Source: Bugula neritina
Lineage: Eukaryota; Animalia; Bryozoa
Assembly: GCA_964035545.1 (NCBI GenBank)
Contig: OZ037767.1
Span: forward strand, 21,406,628 to 21,470,627
Direction: 5' to 3'
DNA: 64,000 nt
Shown: positions 26,101 to 40,469 of the stretch, piece after piece
Layout: each line of letters starts with the position of its first letter
How positions within the stretch are numbered: the stretch's first letter is position 1
Notes under the pieces: model-generated
Databases searched by the model: none
What the model was told of the DNA's origin: nothing
Seen by the model: only the letters and a program-made list of their open reading frames with translations
Translations under genes and position numbers: made by a program

Positions 26101-29100
26101 TTTAATATCAGATAATTAGACAATGACTAGAAGAATTTAATTACCTCCCACTTGTTGGTAAAGTAAGACTTTCCATATCCAATAATTTTTAATAAAACCT
26201 AAAATAAATATTCAATAAAATTATCATGGCTTTGTTATTATACAAAAACCAATATTATATTAATTATAATACTATTCTTGTTGTATTTTACTAGACATGC
26301 GCACACACACACTGTATATATAACATGTAGATGTACAATGTACATGCACGCACGCACGTGCACACACTGTATATATAAAATGTATATAGGCTATACAATG
26401 TACACATAAGCACAAACATGCACCGCATACACTGCTCACCCGCACGCACATATAAACATCTATATTATATATTATATATTGTATATAGAAAAATAATAAA
26501 TGAATACAAATTACAATATTGCCATAGATACAAACCTCCACTACAAAGACCGCCAGTATAGCGATACTACAGTAATGAAGAACACTATTGGCGTTTAATG
26601 AAGTGTGAATTCGCTTTGCCAAAACATACGTGTCGTGTTGGCCAAAGTCTTCTCTTTGAGGTGGACCAGAACTCGGTGCTGCTCTCTTATGTCTGGTGCT
26701 GCCTAACAGTATATGTGACTAGTAATATAATAATATAACACATCCATGATCACTAATATACTATATAATTACTAATATACTATATAATTACTAATATACT
26801 ATATAATTACTAATATGTTATATAATTGTTAATATACTATATAATTACTAATATACTATATATTTGCTAATATACTGTATAATTACTAATATTAGTAATT
26901 ACTAATATGTTATATAATTACTAATATACTATACGATTACAAATATATTATATGAATACTAAAATGCTATATGAATACAAATATACTATATGATACAAGG
27001 GCACACCTGATAGAGTTCTGTTCAAATTACTATGATGTAACATTTCGGTATATGCCTCGTCTATACTCGAAACACTAACAATTTCTCGTTCGACATTTGG
27101 CCAAGTTTGATTTAGATAGTTCAGAACTTCTGCGCCTTTTTCCTTTACAAGATCCAGGTTTTCTAAAACAATAAGATTCAATCTAAATAATATCCAGTAT
27201 ATCTCACCTTCAGTTATATACATGTCTAGTACTACTCAGTATATCTCACCTTCAGCTATATACATGTCTAGTAGTACTCAGTATATCTCACCTTCAGCTA
27301 TATACATGTCTAGTAGTACTCAGTATATCTCACCTTCAGCTATATACATGTCTAGTACTACTCAGTATATCTCACCTTCAGCTATATACATGTCTAGTAG
27401 TACTCAGTATATCTCACCTTCAGCTATATACATGCCTAGTAGTACTCAGTATATCTCACCTTCAGCTATATACATGTCTAGTAGTACTCAGTATATCTCA
27501 CCTTCAGCTATATGCATGTCTAGTACTACTCAGTATATCTCACCTTCAGCTATATACATGTCTAGTAGTACTCAGTATATCTCACCTTCAGCTATATACA
27601 TGTCTAGTAGTACTCAGTATATCTCACCTTCAGCTATATACATGTCTAGTAGTACTCAGTATATCTCACCTTCAGCTATATACATGTCTAGTACTACTCA
27701 GTATATCTCACCTTCAGCTATATACATGTCTAGTAGTACTCAGTATATCTCACCTTCAGCTATATACATGTCTAGTACTACTCAGTATATCTCACCTTCA
27801 GCTATATACATGTCTAGTACTACTCAGTATATCTCACCTTCAGCTATATACATGTCTAGTAGTACTCAGTATATCTCACCTTCAGCTATATACATGTCTA
27901 GTAGTACTCAGTATATCTCACCTTCAGCTATATACATGTCTAGTACTACTCAGTATATCTCACCTTCAGCTATATACATGTCTAGTACTACTCAGTATAT
28001 CTCACCTTCAGCTATATACATGTCTAGTAGTACTCAGTATATCTCACCTTCAGCTATATACATGTCTAGTACCATCATGCCCAGCACCAACAAGACGTCT
28101 AAGACTACCAAAGACATCATGAACACCTCCACCGGCATCGTGTGCAGGAAATGCACCATTCTCTGCCTCCATCTACCAAACATTGTACATTACAAGATCA
28201 TATAAAGTAACCTGCATGTATATTACTTTATATTATAATATAGATATATTCATAAAAAGTAATAAGGTTCGTTAATAGGTACCTTTACTATTTTCAGTCA
28301 GAAATTCAATTTGGTCGAGTTTAAAATTTCACTGAGGGGCATTGCACTGTAAAAGCCATTAGTCAAAATTCAGGCTTGTGATAACTTGATCAATTGACTT
28401 TAAAATATTAATCAATGGAAATGATAAATCTTTCTAAATATAGGCATTTATTAATCACATTATAACGAAGAGACGTTTTACTTAAAAATTTGCTAAATAA
28501 CGCTTGAGTGAATCAAGGAAAAGCTTTATGTTTATAATTATATTGGCTACCTTTTTCAATTATCGCTTTTATGCTGTCAACTTTACTAATTTATTACGTT
28601 TTAAATGGTCTCATTAACGAACCAATATAAATATATATGATGTAATATACATGTAGGATATACCATTTTTGCCCATGTTCTACTTCTTAAGGCCAGTAAT
28701 TGCACTGAATTTCGCAACATGTTTTCATGTCTGTGATATGTGATAAATCAATCAATCAATAATTATAATGTCTGCTTATGTCGGGTACATGCAGACGTGT
28801 CTGTATCAGTACTCACGTTATAGCTCGCAAGTCGTACTCCTCGGACAGCTGGGCAATTTCTTCTCCTATAATCTTCTTGTCAACATTGTCTTCACCCAGT
28901 TCTTGCAGCAATTTAGTGTCCACTCCTTGAATTCCTTGCCCTTTCAGTTCACTTCTGTAAAACCATTGATTGTAAAGTCTTTATCCATCTACATTCTATA
29001 CAGAGTATACAATATATTATAGTTTATATATCCCTCTACACAGAGTATATGTGTTGAATGTTTATATTTCCATCTAAACAGAGTATATAATATATTATAT

Positions 29101-31984
29101 TTTTATATATCCATTTACACAGAGTATATATATTATCGTTTATATAAACTTCTATCTATCTATCTATCCACCGCAGTGCTATTTTATATCAATCACTAAT
29201 GTAGTAATCATTGATTTTGGCAGTTATTTTTTTAATTTTCAACTAGCTGACCAGTTATATAACCAGACTTTCTAGAAAACTCTCAAGCATAAGTTTGCTT
29301 GCTTTTAGTATGCACAGTCATTATAGGTATTGTTAGCTGTTTATAACACAGCTCTTGGAGGCACCCATACATAACTTTAGTTTAGTTGCATAACTGCAAC
29401 ATTTATGTGTTGATATTTATTCACAACTACAACATTTGAGTTACTTTTGCTTGAAGGATGAGATCATCTAAATGTTTTAAACTTTCTTGTGAATGCAATA
29501 CTTTAAATGATTACTATGATTTTAGCTCATTATAATTGATTTACTCCAATTTACCATGCTTTAATTTTTTCATATCAACCTTAGGTTCACTATTATATTT
29601 TCAGTATTAACAGTTTAACTATAATCGTAATTATAAAACAAAGTCAAATTAACACTTCACACATAGAAATAAATTGTAGGGGAATAATTGCTAGAATTAC
29701 GAATTTTGCTAAATTTTATGCTAATGACTTAGTTCATTTTATAAACCTTTAGACCAAATTAAACTCAAAACTTTCAATGAAATTCTAGATGCAAGCTTCA
29801 AATATTTTACAACTTTATAAATACTTTTTTAATTTTCAAAGACCTTGAAGTTTGATAGATATGACATTGGGAAACAAAATTCAAAGAAAAATTATTTCTA
29901 TTAGGAGGCGCCACCAGGTGCGTCTAACTGCAAGAATTTGGTACAAGGCGCCATGGTTTCAAAGGAAATATCCTCAACTTACTTTTTGTCTAAATATTTT
30001 GAATCATTTACAAATATGGGATGGGGCAGGTTTTAATAACCAAAATAAAAATTCCAAAACCAGATTACAAGAGGTAAAAGCCTATGTTTGAACCCAGACA
30101 GCATTTTAAAAGATGTATTGTTTACTAAATTAGATTGGCTTTGCATCTGGCTGAGAAAATCACCCACTGTAGGGCAGATCTTCAAAGTGAAACTTTCTCT
30201 TAACAAATTTATACTCAATTGGATGTCTCAGCCAATAAGCAAACTTTGATTGACTTTACTGTAAGAAAAGTAAAGCAAAACTATGTCCTCCGATAGAAAA
30301 CAGAATCAACTTCGAAACTTAAAAAAGATCGAAAAAAGATCCTGACTCTGAAAGTATTTCAAGCTAATGCAGATAGTATGGTCTGAACTATACACACCTT
30401 CCCCAAGACTGGTGTATAGCAAGTAGTGTTCAGCATTTTAGAATTGGTCAATCGCTACCCGAACAGAACAAATCGGAGACAGGTGAGAATAGGTGAGAAA
30501 TTCTAGAATTGGTCAAAAAGACCTTCCACAACACTATAGAATGTAGCTTCTGTAGCGCTAACTTTGGTTGAGTACATCATAAATAGTAGGATCTGTTAAG
30601 CAAAAGCCTACATATTATTCTTCATACACAATGCGGCATTACAACACAGCTTTTAAATATGGCTCATTAGGTAACCAAGACTGTGGCATAGCAATAAGCT
30701 TATCATCTTGTCTTTTTTCACTTAGTAAAGGCTTTTGATAGAATCCCCCATTAAATTCCCATTAGACAAGTTAGAGCTTATGATTTGCATGATATTGTGA
30801 AAGTTTATCTCTCGATTTTTTCGGTTTTTTTTGGCTTTTTAGAAATGTCATGTCTCTTTGTGGGAAAAACTACCTTTTGTAGTTTATATGTCAATGTCCC
30901 TCTATTAGTAGAGAATAATAGAGAGTGTAGGATAAGGGACTACAATATAAAATGTGACGACACTGTATGAATGGACTTTAAAATAAGACATATCTTTTAT
31001 TAAATAGAATAGAAGCATAAAGCAAAAGTATTAGGGTATTAATTAGGTTTATTACTTGTAAAGCAAGTTCACAAACTTTCAATGTAGTACTGGGTGATTA
31101 TTCTTGGAAAACGTGATTTGGTCGACTCCATATAGCAAATCTTTATTAATTAAATCAGAATTCTCAGCTTAAGGTGGTAAAATGGGCTTCTAGTCTCGGA
31201 CCACTAAACAACGTTGTAGAACGAGCAAAACAAAATGGTCTCTAATCGATTGAGATTAGTAAGTAAGATATAAATGCTAAATCTTTCATAACACTGATTT
31301 TGGCCTTCATGATATTTATTGAAATTTTATGTTAATTTTAAGGGAACATATTTTGCTGTAATAATATGGCTGCTTCGAATTTTCAAGGCAGTTCATTTAA
31401 GTTTTCTCTTTCTAACTGCTGACAAAGGGTCTGGTGACCAAAAACAACGTTGACATTTCAGATAACTTAAAATTATTGTGAGAAAGTATTTTTCTCTGGT
31501 GATCATGGCTGTTTACCTTATTACTAAATAGGTATATAACATTTACTTTTTACAAAAACAAATTATTTTATGTATTACCGATGTTTGCAATTTACGCCCA
31601 ATTCAACTTTAAAAAGAGCAACATAAAGTAGTAGCCTATGCTATTAATAATAAATGTCTTCATTAATATATAATGACGGTAGTAAAAGATTTACTCCAAC
31701 TAAAAATAATGACGATACTCATGGACATTTAGACTCCAAGCCTAAAGCAAAATTGAGAAATATATAATTCTTGTTTATACTTATACTGCCATGTGCCAGT
31801 GACTAACTAAGCACAATCCTAGAACTGAATCAGTAAACACAAAATAAAAATATCAGTGTGGTGGATATTAGTTGAAAACAAAGTTAATCTGGTGGTTGGG
31901 ATTTTAATTAGTAATACTAGAAGTGATACTATTAAACACAAACAACACACACAACACACACACACACACACACAACACTCACCC

Positions 31985-32043
<59 letters not shown>

Positions 32044-34415
32044 CACACACACAACACACACCCAACACACACAACACAGCACATTCACACAACACACACC
32101 ACACACATACAATACAGCACATTCACACAACACACAATCTAATTGTAATATTATTAGCATGAAACTCATAATTTTTCCTCTTCCTACATATTTCTGTGAT
32201 ATGGAATATAGCTTATGTAAACTTGATATTATTGATGTGATAGTTCTGTAATTACTTTTAATTAAACACAAGGAGATCTCTTTGAAATATTATACTCCTC
32301 TACTTACTTATAGGTCATATTGCAATATGATAACACAAGCCCTTTTGTTTTAGAGGTGAAGGAATAAAAAGCACTATAAGTGTAATAGTATGCATGATCT
32401 TATTGCATTTCATAATTCAACAATGTAACATAATTGAAAAGGACTTCAATTCTTATAGAAGCTAATTGAAAAACCATGAAGAGTTATTGTATTTTTTACA
32501 TTGCTCTCTACATTATAAGGTATGCTTTATAAAACAGCTTGGTTAGCGTATCCTGTTTAGATGCTGCTTAATTAGTCTATTGTGTATTATAATATCAATT
32601 AAAATTTTATCAAATGGCTAAATTGGCTAAATTGTGCAACCTTAAAACTGGAAGCATATTAAAATGTCCCTATCAATCTAAAATAGAATCATCTACTGGG
32701 CATGAAGTTGTACTTCAAGACTCACAAGTAAATGTTGTGGGTCTTGGTATAGGTTTCAGCCACGTTGTGGGAAGTATTCTGATTAGCCTCAGCATAATAG
32801 CACTAGTCTATAAATCTAAATGACACAGCTGTTCCTTCCTTAGCTTTTTGATTTTTCATTTTTTCCAAGATTAAACCATCTAATAATTGGTATAAAAATT
32901 ATTGACCTCATTTATATTGAGGGATTAGGTTATATCACCAGTATAATTTAGTACGCTCTACTGATTGATTCCTTGTTAGACCAAAGACTGTTAAAAGCAA
33001 ATGACTGTCGGACTATTTCCCTACAAAAATTCATTTGGTTTTGAATAGTAAATCTGCATGAATTTGGCTGCCCTATTTCTAGTTGCTACTAAACTGTTAG
33101 ACACAGCATATTTATATAGCCATACTGCTTTGAGCACTAATCTACTTCGACTAATTATTAGGCAACAACAACTAAATAGGAAAATAATTAGAAAAATAAT
33201 TTCCATGTTAAGATTATTTAGCTAATTGTATCTGTTACCTAGCTTGCTTTAAATGAAGTCAAATCTGCTAATAATTTGTTATGCCAGATTCTCATACTAT
33301 CTCACTAAATCTCCTCCCATATCATAGCCTGATAACATACATCAAGTGTGCTGCTGCATGAGTAGTCTAATGCTTTCTAGTTGTGATAATTCTATTTTGA
33401 ATAAACTTTTAAAAATTATAATAATATATTGGCGTTAGGGCATACATACAGGTTTGCATACTCGTTTAGCCTAACTTCCCCCAATTAACAAAGTAATAAT
33501 TACTGTCAAGTAACTCCTAAACACACTTTGCCGCATCGAAAGCTGCAGTAGCAACTGACAGTCATTTTTAAAACTGCCCGAGCTTCCCGTATGGCATTAC
33601 GGTACGTCAGGATCAAGCACTGCTTGATTAAAAAAAGTTTCTTAGGTCATCTATTGGACAGAAAGACATTCGATTCAACTCTTTGGATATAAATATTCAA
33701 TGAGGTGTCATAGATCGTACCCAATAGCGGACTTTGAGAACTTCAGTCCAGACACATTAAAAATGGCCGAAATTCGACGTTATGGCCTACGTTAGGTTAA
33801 AGTGTGTTTAAGGGGTTAGTTAGACTACTAGTGAACTGCATGCACCACACCAGTACTGTGTATCCCCTCTTAGAGTTTTGACTCCCTATTATTCACCATT
33901 GATATAAGAACTCTGCTCAAACTTCCCTATTAGCTTATAACTGAGACACAGAACTGCATATTGACATTGCAAAGCTCTGATGGGATTCAAATGCAAGACT
34001 CATCTATACATTTATTTGTAGTACAAATAATGTGTGATTATTAACATTATTACTTCTTCTTAGAGACTAATTTAGTACATCTTCACTAAACGTAGTACTA
34101 AACATAATTCTAACATAGATTCCTCTATAAACTTTACATATACCCTTTTTTCAAAACCTTACTATTTTATTATTATATGAACGGGACATCTATACAGGCA
34201 ACCTCTACCCACCGTAATGTTCTTTGTAAGGCTAGTCTAGTTCGTAAGCTTGGATAGTTGTCCTCCGACTTTTTACATCGACAAAGCAGTATGTTAATCA
34301 ATGAGAATTTTCCCTTTTCTTCAGTCTCATAGTCAGAGAGATCGGATGTGACTGGATTAGCTGACTCAATTATATCCTTGATTCCTTTCACTTTGGCCTG
34401 GCGCTTCATCTTCAT
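20188..34415 (-). CDS. HVCN1: Voltage-gated proton channel Hv1-family (voltage-sensor-only) protein, ~811 aa with first exon A
   Basis: Exons (5'->3') 34415-34213, 28954-28817, 28172-28048, 27162-27007, 26702-26536, 26198-26145, 26010-25878, 25273-25189, 25005-24814, 23529-23470, 22621-22369, 21057-20188 (TGA). Total 2436 nt, all GT-AG and phase-consistent. S1 MMSLVVLDVLLVLGMMVLD (Hv1 D112 equivalent present). S2 VLHYCSIAILAVFVVEVLLK (F150/E153 equivalents). S3 KWEVIDGIVIIISFSLD. S4 LIVFLIWRVIRILNA, followed by a coiled-coil-like segment (LQAEVKRLRGL). No S5-S6 pore domain. The symbol denotes the family; exact orthology is unresolved. Confidence 0.88.
21108..21280. repeat. 20 bp minisatellite, intronic
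   Basis: Tandem GTGACTGAACTAGAGTAGKA. Confidence 0.85.
24310..24812. repeat. 28 bp minisatellite starting at the Hv donor site (24813) and decaying distally
   Basis: Unit TATACAGTGTGACCATACAAAGCTAGCT. Copies are homogeneous near the exon and degenerate below ~24480. Confidence 0.88.
25425..25855. repeat. 28 bp minisatellite with a 56 bp higher-order dimer
   Basis: Unit ATACTRTACAGTGAATGTTATTGTGTAT, with R alternating G/A in successive copies. Confidence 0.92.
26750..26945. repeat. 19 bp AT-rich minisatellite
   Basis: Tandem TACTAATATACTATATAAT. Confidence 0.85.
27195..28072 (-). repeat. 42 bp minisatellite (~20-21 copies) built from the Hv S1-exon 3' end plus its splice donor
   Basis: Minus-strand unit CTAGACATGTATATAGCTGAAG|GTGAGATATACTGAGTASTA. 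It explains the antisense 327-aa ORF 27222-28205. Confidence 0.96.
31935..32140. repeat. (CA)n compound microsatellite
   Basis: Visible directly in the sequence. Confidence 0.95.
33514..33815. mobile_element. Degenerate piggyBac-like MITE (tentative)
   Basis: Left end CTCCTAAACACACTTT versus right end AAAGTGTGTTTAAGGGG (imperfect TIR). Flanks GTAA and TTAG resemble a decayed TTAA TSD. Confidence 0.4.
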
Positions 34416-37400
34416 ATTCACTGCGTCTCTTTTGTTGTCATCTAAATAAGCTTCAGTTTTTATACTCCAGCTTTTTGAATCCCAAATTTTATTGGTTATC
34501 CAACTTTGCTCCGGTCCATTTAATCTAAACTTGAAAAGTGACTGTAGTTGGTGTTTCTATGACAACAGTTGTTGATTGTTGAGGATTAGATGTTCAGTTG
34601 TCAGTTTCATTCGTTGACTGGATGATGTACTTCTTAGGAGTCTCAAAGACAGCTGCTGAATGAATTTGAGCTGTTCATCAGGATGACTAGGGCTGCTCAG
34701 GTTTCAGTACTTGAGTAGCTCAAACAATTGATTCTATCATTAGCAACTACGATTGCTGCCACAGTATCTGTTCGATTTTGCTGCTCTTTCATTCGCTCAT
34801 TCACAACAGCACATTCTCACTTTTCAATAGCCACTGCTCTTTATCAACATTGAATTTCTTTGCTTATATTGAAAGTCTAACTTCTTTTGGCAAAGTGCAG
34901 CAAAAAATTAGCTATTTCATGGTTGGCTTCATTTGTGATAACGGTATATTATTATAGAAACAACAATATACTTTGTGAAACTTAGTTGAACATGCTACTA
35001 TTATTATTGTGGTATTGTTTACTACAAACAGCAATAGTTCTTTACGCTACTATAACCAAAATAAAGTCTAAGAATCTAGGACCTAGGCAAGGCATATGCT
35101 ATATTAGTCACACAATATACTATGTTCTAGTAGTCATATTAAGATAGTAGCTATAACTAGCTATAACATTTTACGTTGCGGTATACGGTGCAGCAAAGTT
35201 TGTCTAGGGGGTAACTAAGAACTATAAACTGCTAATACATATCTACAGCAGACACTAAAGAACACGCAGATAAGCTACAAAGCTAAATCACCAAGAATAT
35301 TCTATAAGTGCACGGATAATTGATCTTGTGCCTTGTTACTTATGGTAAAGGACTGGTAAAAGAAAATACATTTTCACCTATAAATCTTACTTTAGAAGAC
35401 AGCCTTAATGGAGATTATAATGAACACTTAGAAGCACAGTAAATTACAAGTACACGTAGGTCGCTGTCCGCTACGGTCCGGTGATTTAGGTTCAAAGTAA
35501 TGATGAATATTGTTTCATTAAAATAATGTTATGCAGTATAATTTAGCATTCTATTAGATGACTTGCTGTAATTATAGATTATGACATAGGGCAATCAAAT
35601 TATTGACTGTAAATATAGATGATCGCATAATGCAATTAAGATGCAGTGTGAATCTACTCTGTAATGTATGGTCATTTATGAAAATAAAGGCATAGCATAT
35701 TGCCAGCTCATATACATTTTGATGTGCTACAGTTTAAAAAATCAGACCTGGTGCAATACATTGTATTCAACTGCAAGTTTGTTTATCTACAACTACATTT
35801 GTTTACATTCTCTACAAGCATTTTTTATCAACAACTTCCACAGGACGAGAGTTAAAGATTATTATTGAAAGTTGTCTTCTTTCTCCAGACATGGTCAAAC
35901 AAGATACAATTGAAGCATGCTCCAAAATACCTAAACCACTATGCTGAACAATTAAGTTGAAATTTTTTAAGCAACTATATACAATAAAGATCAGCATGCT
36001 ATATAAAGATTTAAAACATTACTTCTATTAATTTTTCTACTTCCTTTTTCACAACGCTTTTCTATCTATTAAATTTATAATTTTTTGTATGCAAAATTAC
36101 TTTCACTTTCCTGGATGATACTATTTAAATGTTTTGAAAATACAAATATATACACACTTATATACTTATAAACACTTACAGGCACATAGACACATAGCAT
36201 TATAAGGCAGAAAGTGTGGGTCATCTAGGATTTCTTTGGTCACAGTACAGTGGTACGCATATGCAGTCTAATTAATCTACTGCCTTGAAGCTATGAAAGG
36301 GCTACAATGTATTGTATTTTAGATTTTGCATTTCTAATTTGCAGTATGACATTTGCAGCTGTTGTCACAGTTTTTAGTTTTAAACTAATTAAGGCTCTAT
36401 TGTTATGTGAAACCAGAAGAGCTAAATTGCTTCTTTAGAAGTAAGTTTATGGTAAATTAAAGGGCAAGTTGAAGTAACTGAAAAAGCCAACAACCTTCTA
36501 ACTAGCAAAGAACTCGACCTTACTTTGTTAATAAACTGGATAAGATTCTATAGCTTTTGTGTTTTGGTAAATGATATCACTAAAATGTTTACATAGCTTC
36601 CAAAGCATCAATTACAACAATTCTAAAACAACTAAAGATACTTCTAATTAGTGCAACTCTGCTATGTGTTTGTTTTCACTCTATAAACAGTGCCTAGTTG
36701 TTGTCAAATTTTACTTATTAGACGCAAGCAAGAGTGTAGAAAATTTTTGTAATATCAAAAAATTATTAAAGCAATTGCAGAATAAAATATATTACCTCTT
36801 AGGTTTATGATTAGCAATTGAAAAATGAAAATACTTTCAATATATTTTACATCTTGCAATATTTTTGCTTACCTATATCAGAAAAATGATATCGGGGATG
36901 ATGAGATATAATTGAATGCTAAAAAATTGAACTGAACTTAAGAATTAGTTCTAGCCTAACGCCTTAACTCATGGCTAAGTTATAACCGATGATTATAATA
37001 GTTTGCAATCTGTATTGTTTGACACTACAACTATTAGTCTTTGCCTCCTGCACAAAAGATGTCATTAGGCTATGTTGAATCACTTGTACAGGGCACACTA
37101 GTTTCAGAGTTATAACAATGGTTGTAAGACACAAGGATACAACAAGCAGTCCTAATTCCTGCTACTCATAAATGAAGAGCTGGAGGTTTTTCTCTATTGC
37201 CAGTAGGTATTTGTGGCAAAATAGTGAGAAGTTGTCTTTTTGTGAAATAAGACAACTTCTCAAGCTCAAAATTAAAAAGCCATGCAGTACCTCTGCAGTA
37301 ATCTATACAGAACATGTTCCAAGAACTAATCTTCTCATTATGACTTTCTATTATTATGAATCACCAAGAAATATTACATGCATGAGGCACCAGCTATTTT

Positions 37401-40400
37401 CTAAAATAGGTTTTTTCTATTGCAATAACTTCATTAATTATTGGTATGTTTTCTAATTCATTGAAATACAATATATGGGAGTTGATATTTGATAATGCTA
37501 TTTTCAATCTCTAAAAGTCCTGTGGTCAGATTATTCTTTTATCCAAATACCAACAGAAACAATTTATGTAAACCCAATTTCTAGACCAAGCGGGATAATT
37601 TCTTACAAGCTGTCACACTATTGACATCATAAAGGCCATTGCTAATAAAATAGCCGATCCATTGTTAGTTTTACTTGATAGTGCTAGGAACTTGTAGCCT
37701 TTTTACTCTTTTAATAATAAATTTATGATAATTTTTGTGAAATATCTTTTTGAAGTGTTTGTTGTGTTCTCTTGATCGAAACTGATATTATAATAGAAAG
37801 CTCAACACACAGCATACCCACACTAACTGTTGGCTGTACAATATAAGATATACTATAACTATAAATGACAATATAAATACAAGAACATATATAATATAAC
37901 TATAAAAGACAATATAAGATTGATAACTTATAATAAAATACAATCAATAAACGTGCTAACATAGTGAATAGGTATTATTGTACTTATAAATATGATTATC
38001 GAATAGTATAATGATGATTATTCTAATAAAATGTAGTGTATACTAACTTTAAATTCCACCATTCTTCACTCTCTTTGGATAACATACGGATTAAGGATAG
38101 ATTTTTTCTTACATTCCATCTTTTAGTCATTTTGAGTAACAAATTGTATATTAATTTAAAATATTACATTGCACACAATCCCACCCAACAATGAGATGTT
38201 TATTACTACTGCAAGTGTTGCTTGTGTGGAGTCTAGAAATAATGTGATCAACCATGCTAGTTAACTTGTTATGTCACATAATGTGCACAATGCACATGCA
38301 ACTACTGTATAGTCTTCACTATGCCCGTACTTGAACTTATATAATAAAATGCAGCATAGAATAATTGTTTAATTTTTATTAAGAGTCCTCTCTTAAGTAT
38401 AGTCGTAAGTTGAGATACTTAAATAGCTACTACAGATTTACATAGTTGGTTCTCTCATTTGTGTAGTGTGTTGGTTATTAGTTATAATTATTCTTGGAAC
38501 ACTAATGAGAAAAATTCAGCCACTACTTGTCATTTCCAAGAGAAATTTGAGTATTATTTATGGATGCATTCACTATAATTGATGCATTTATTAATGAATA
38601 CATTCATGTCAATTTCTTCTATCAAATTGTATAGCTGGTTAGTGAACTTATATTGGCCAGAAAACTATACTTTGTATAGGTGCTGATTCCTTTGATTTGC
38701 TCCATGTGATACAATTTGTGTTGAACAGCTTTTAACCCCAATATTATGATGATGTATAGCAATTGATGCTGTCTTCTGTATTAGCTATTGAAACAACTTT
38801 GCTCACAAATATTCAATATTTGACCTTCAATCTAAACCTACCAATAAAAGCAAGCAATTTTAATGGTTTACAAGTTTTTGATCAACTAAAGAAAATTGTT
38901 GAAATTTATAGTTTTACAGTTATTTTATCAATTCAATGAAGTTCACTAGTTCTGGTCTAAGTTTGGTATGTGGGTGATGCAGTTTAGCCAGGAACTTTTC
39001 TTTGTGTGCATAAGATCAAGATTAAAGTTAAAATGTAAATAGTACATGCAGACTTTTTTAATATCTAAAGCTGAGGCTTTGAGCATTACTTGTAAAAGTT
39101 GGTTTAATAATGACTTATAGTCAACTTATTTTCTATTTAGAAACCCGATTTGTTAATCAGGTTGCTAATAATTTAGTTTACAGTCTATAATTTACTATAA
39201 TGAATTAATATAACAATTCAACTTTTACTGTCAATAAATTTTTTATCAATGATTCAAGTTTTATGGATAAGAGGAGAGCTTTACTAGAGTTTTACAGTAC
39301 ATCAGCAGAGTCAACGTTATATAATCTAAATTTGAATCAACATTTAACAATTAGGTTTGAATAAAAGAGTTGATATATAAAGCAAACAATGCCCTGAGAA
39401 ATACAACAGTGTCAGAAAGTGTAATTCATTAGTACCAAAAATCACGTGCTCACTCTAAGCTATATACTAACATTCTACGCAGTTGCAGTCTGAATGAAAG
39501 AAGCATTACGCTGTTACCAATGAGTTGTGTATTTCTACGTCCAAATTTGTGCACACATCAGTTTGGTTATAACAGGGTGTTAACGTAGCTACCTAAGTAC
39601 ATAATGCTATCAAAATAGTTTAATTTTTTATGTTTGATTGTTCTTCTTGTATGGGTAGAATAATTAAGCACTCTCTAATAAATTTGTGCGATTTCCTTTT
39701 TACAATTCTCAAAAATACTCCCTTCACATGTGTGTTATGGGTATTTTCAACTTACTTCCTTAATAGGAGATTTACAATTTTCTTTATATTACTTTCCTAT
39801 TCAGCATTTAGTATTATGGGTGTGCTCTGTTGAGAAGTATAACACTGTACTAGTACAGCACATACCCGTCCCCCCCTCAGTCTACTGCTTTAGTCTATAC
39901 TGCTATATACTAAATTTACACTCCTTCTGCATTGCCTCATGTGTGATGCAACTGTATTATCAACATCTCTTTACACACTAACACAGGACAGCATGCATGT
40001 ATGCTGTATAGTTGTAGCATTACTTGAGTATTGCTTGCGATGCACCACTCAACACTTCTGCTACAGTTTATATATGCCGTCAGCAGAAGCCCTAGAACTA
40101 TCACAGTCACATGACTATTTCCCTGCTCAAGTCTCCTCCCACTATCAACAGAGTGTGTACTTTTGACTCTCACAAGTATGACTCAAGGTCTGACCCTATT
40201 AATTAAATATAGCTATGAAATGCCAATACAACTAGTTGCTACTATTTTTAAATATAATAAATATATTGTTATTCAAGTCATTGCCCTATTGTTTTTGTGT
40301 AATTCAAGACTTGATATTTAAGTTAATATGCATAACAACTCAATTAAACAAACTCAATGTTGACCTGAAGCTGAAATAGAATATAAATGTTATACGAGCC

Positions 40401-40469
40401 AGCGCAGTATATATAATATATCATCACAGCATGCTGTACAGCATATATTATATTGTACAGCATATATTA

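Noticed and set aside
27222-28205. 327-aa Ser/Thr-rich repetitive ORF on the + strand
   Set aside because: It is the antisense read-through of the 42-bp intronic array and the Hv S1 exon.
32726-32802. Possible additional Hv exon (minus strand, GTGAGT donor)
   Set aside because: The ATG-initiated frame ends in phase 1, which is incompatible. The phase-2 frame has no ATG and needs a phase-0 upstream partner that I could not identify.
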